Positions 62,431-64,000 of a stretch of DNA of 64,000 nucleotides are shown here, one piece after another (positions within the stretch are counted from its first letter, which is position 1; every line of letters begins with the position of its first letter). Below the pieces are notes generated by a model. The model was not told where the DNA came from, did not search any database, and saw only the letters and a program-made list of their open reading frames with translations. Both the position numbers and the translations under genes were made by a program. The stretch is from Lama glama (taxonomy: Eukaryota), in the NCBI GenBank assembly GCA_028534125.1, contig CM052852.1, positions 77,438,001 through 77,502,000 on the forward strand, given 5' to 3'.

Positions 62431-64000
62431 ACGGGGTGGCAAGAACCAGAGAGAGACTCAGGGGCCTGTGAAAGTAGGCTGAAAATCAGGGCAAGGCTCT
62501 AGTTTCAGCAGGGAACTGTAGTACTTAATAGAAAACTGAGAGAAAAACCCAGCGGAGCATCTTAAGCGTGGGAGGAAAGAAGTGCTACAATTCCGCAGCC
62601 ATGCATGCGCCCAGGACGCACGTCAAATGTGCTGGCTGTCCAGGTATGTAAGGCAGCCTGAGGTATTCTAGACCTTTCCTGTTGGTGGGGATAAATAGAG
62701 TTGGCAGTAGGCAAAGCCTGCTCATCTTCAGGCATTTCAGGCTGTCGGGCCTGCAGAGGATTACTATGTTATCAGTCATCTCAGGAGCTAACTCTCTGAC
62801 AATAAACTCAGGATACTCCGCCAAGTGCCTCATGTCTTGTTGGATTTCCCAAAATGGACTCTGTGCTCCAGGCAAATCAACTCCTTTGCCTTCCTTAAGG
62901 ATTTGCACCCAGAAACAAGTAAAATATTCTCTAGAGAGCATAGAAGTTCTGGAAGAAAATCTCTAGTGGGTAATGGAGAACTATTCTCATAGACCACCAA
63001 ACCATTTCCACTGAGTTTTTGCTCCTTCCTAAGTTTTTTCTTCCTTTCGTTCCCTTTGAGAACCAATTCTCGTCCCCAGGGGAAGTGTGTCATCTCATTT
63101 AAAAATTAAAACCAAAGCCAAAGCCACAAAAAAAAAAAAAAGGAAAACTCAAGCTAAATCTTTTCCAAACCTGCCTCACCCACACACAATCCTTCTCTGA
63201 CTTTCAGCCTGAGGGCCGTGATCTAATTTCAAGCTGCAGGGAAGGCTGCACTGACAGGCCTCCCTGAGCCCCAAACAGATCTAGCCTTCCTGACTCCTCT
63301 CAACACCACCATCCACCTCAGGGGCATTCTGTGATGACCCATGCAGTGCTTCCTCCCTCACACTGCAAAGGAGTCTTGTAAAAGTTTTCCCATTATAATT
63401 TGACAAAACAACAATTCCATAGCCATGTAATCCCCAAACATGTGAAAGAGAGTTAGCACTAATTCTAAAAAGCCTTTCTCGATCCTCAAAAGCTGGGTCA
63501 AATGTCCCTCAGGGCTCCCAGCACCCAGAGGGGCCTCAAATGAGACAATGCATAGTCACAGAGATATACTGCAAGTCTGAAGAAAACAAAATTCTTCACA
63601 GAACTTTCAATAGTAGCTAATTACCAGACTATACTGCCTGTGGTGTACTGCGAAATAATAAATTCATAAATTCTGTGTAATTATCTTATGAATAGCATAA
63701 TTATATTATATTGTATTCTTTGTGTATATAAAAAGGATTCATTTGTTAAATTTAAATCAACATTTTAAATCCTGTTTTGGCATTTCTTTTTTTTTTTTTT
63801 AATATACAAGGTACCTCAAAACAGGCAAGACGCTTAGGTCTCTCTCAGCCTCTAAGGGACCCTGGCAGCATTTACCTCTCTGAACTGTAGAAGCATGTCT
63901 ACTCACCTAACTGCCTCAAACCTGGTTGCCCTTTAAAGTCACCTGAGCAACTCTGAAAACCACTGTGACTGGGCCCCACATTCACCAACTGAAATTAAAA

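Noticed and set aside
62585-62941. 118-aa minus-strand ORF as an exon or small gene
   Set aside because: No recognisable domain, no ATG start and no convincing flanking splice sites.
1-64000. The many 60-130 aa six-frame ORFs as protein-coding genes
   Set aside because: Their lengths fit chance expectation, many use non-ATG starts or overlap degraded repeats, and none resembles a host protein I recognise.
1-64000. CRISPR arrays, operons, rRNA or other prokaryotic-type systems
   Set aside because: The sequence is clearly mammalian repeat-rich DNA, with no regularly spaced repeat-spacer array, gene-dense segment or rRNA similarity.

Overview
Mammalian (eutherian) non-coding genomic DNA, AT-rich and CpG-depleted, most likely from a camelid (alpaca or camel). 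The camelid call rests on one tRNA-derived Vic-1-type SINE at about 33.2-33.4 kb and on seeing no ruminant, pig, primate or rodent SINEs. I cannot recognise any host protein-coding exon; the only convincing coding sequence is a LINE-1 ORF2 fragment at 50.9-51.4 kb. The window looks like a large intron or gene desert. It is dense in ancient transposable elements (MIR, L2, CR1/L3, MaLR/ERVL LTRs, hAT and Tigger MITEs) and overlaid with a few younger TSD-flanked L1 insertions. Several repeat-free blocks retain CpGs and carry homeodomain/PBX-HOX-like motifs, so they are candidate enhancers. There are three assembly gaps. I found no evidence for a novel multi-gene system. The best-supported oddities are a three-tier nested, inverted L1 structure (14.5-15.65 kb), a tailless TSD-flanked copy of an L1 5' end (41.8-41.9 kb), a long L2 fossil reaching its endonuclease domain (37.2-41.6 kb), and speculative minus-strand exons near the right end. 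Repeat subfamily names come from recalled consensus sequences, and boundaries of old repeats are approximate.
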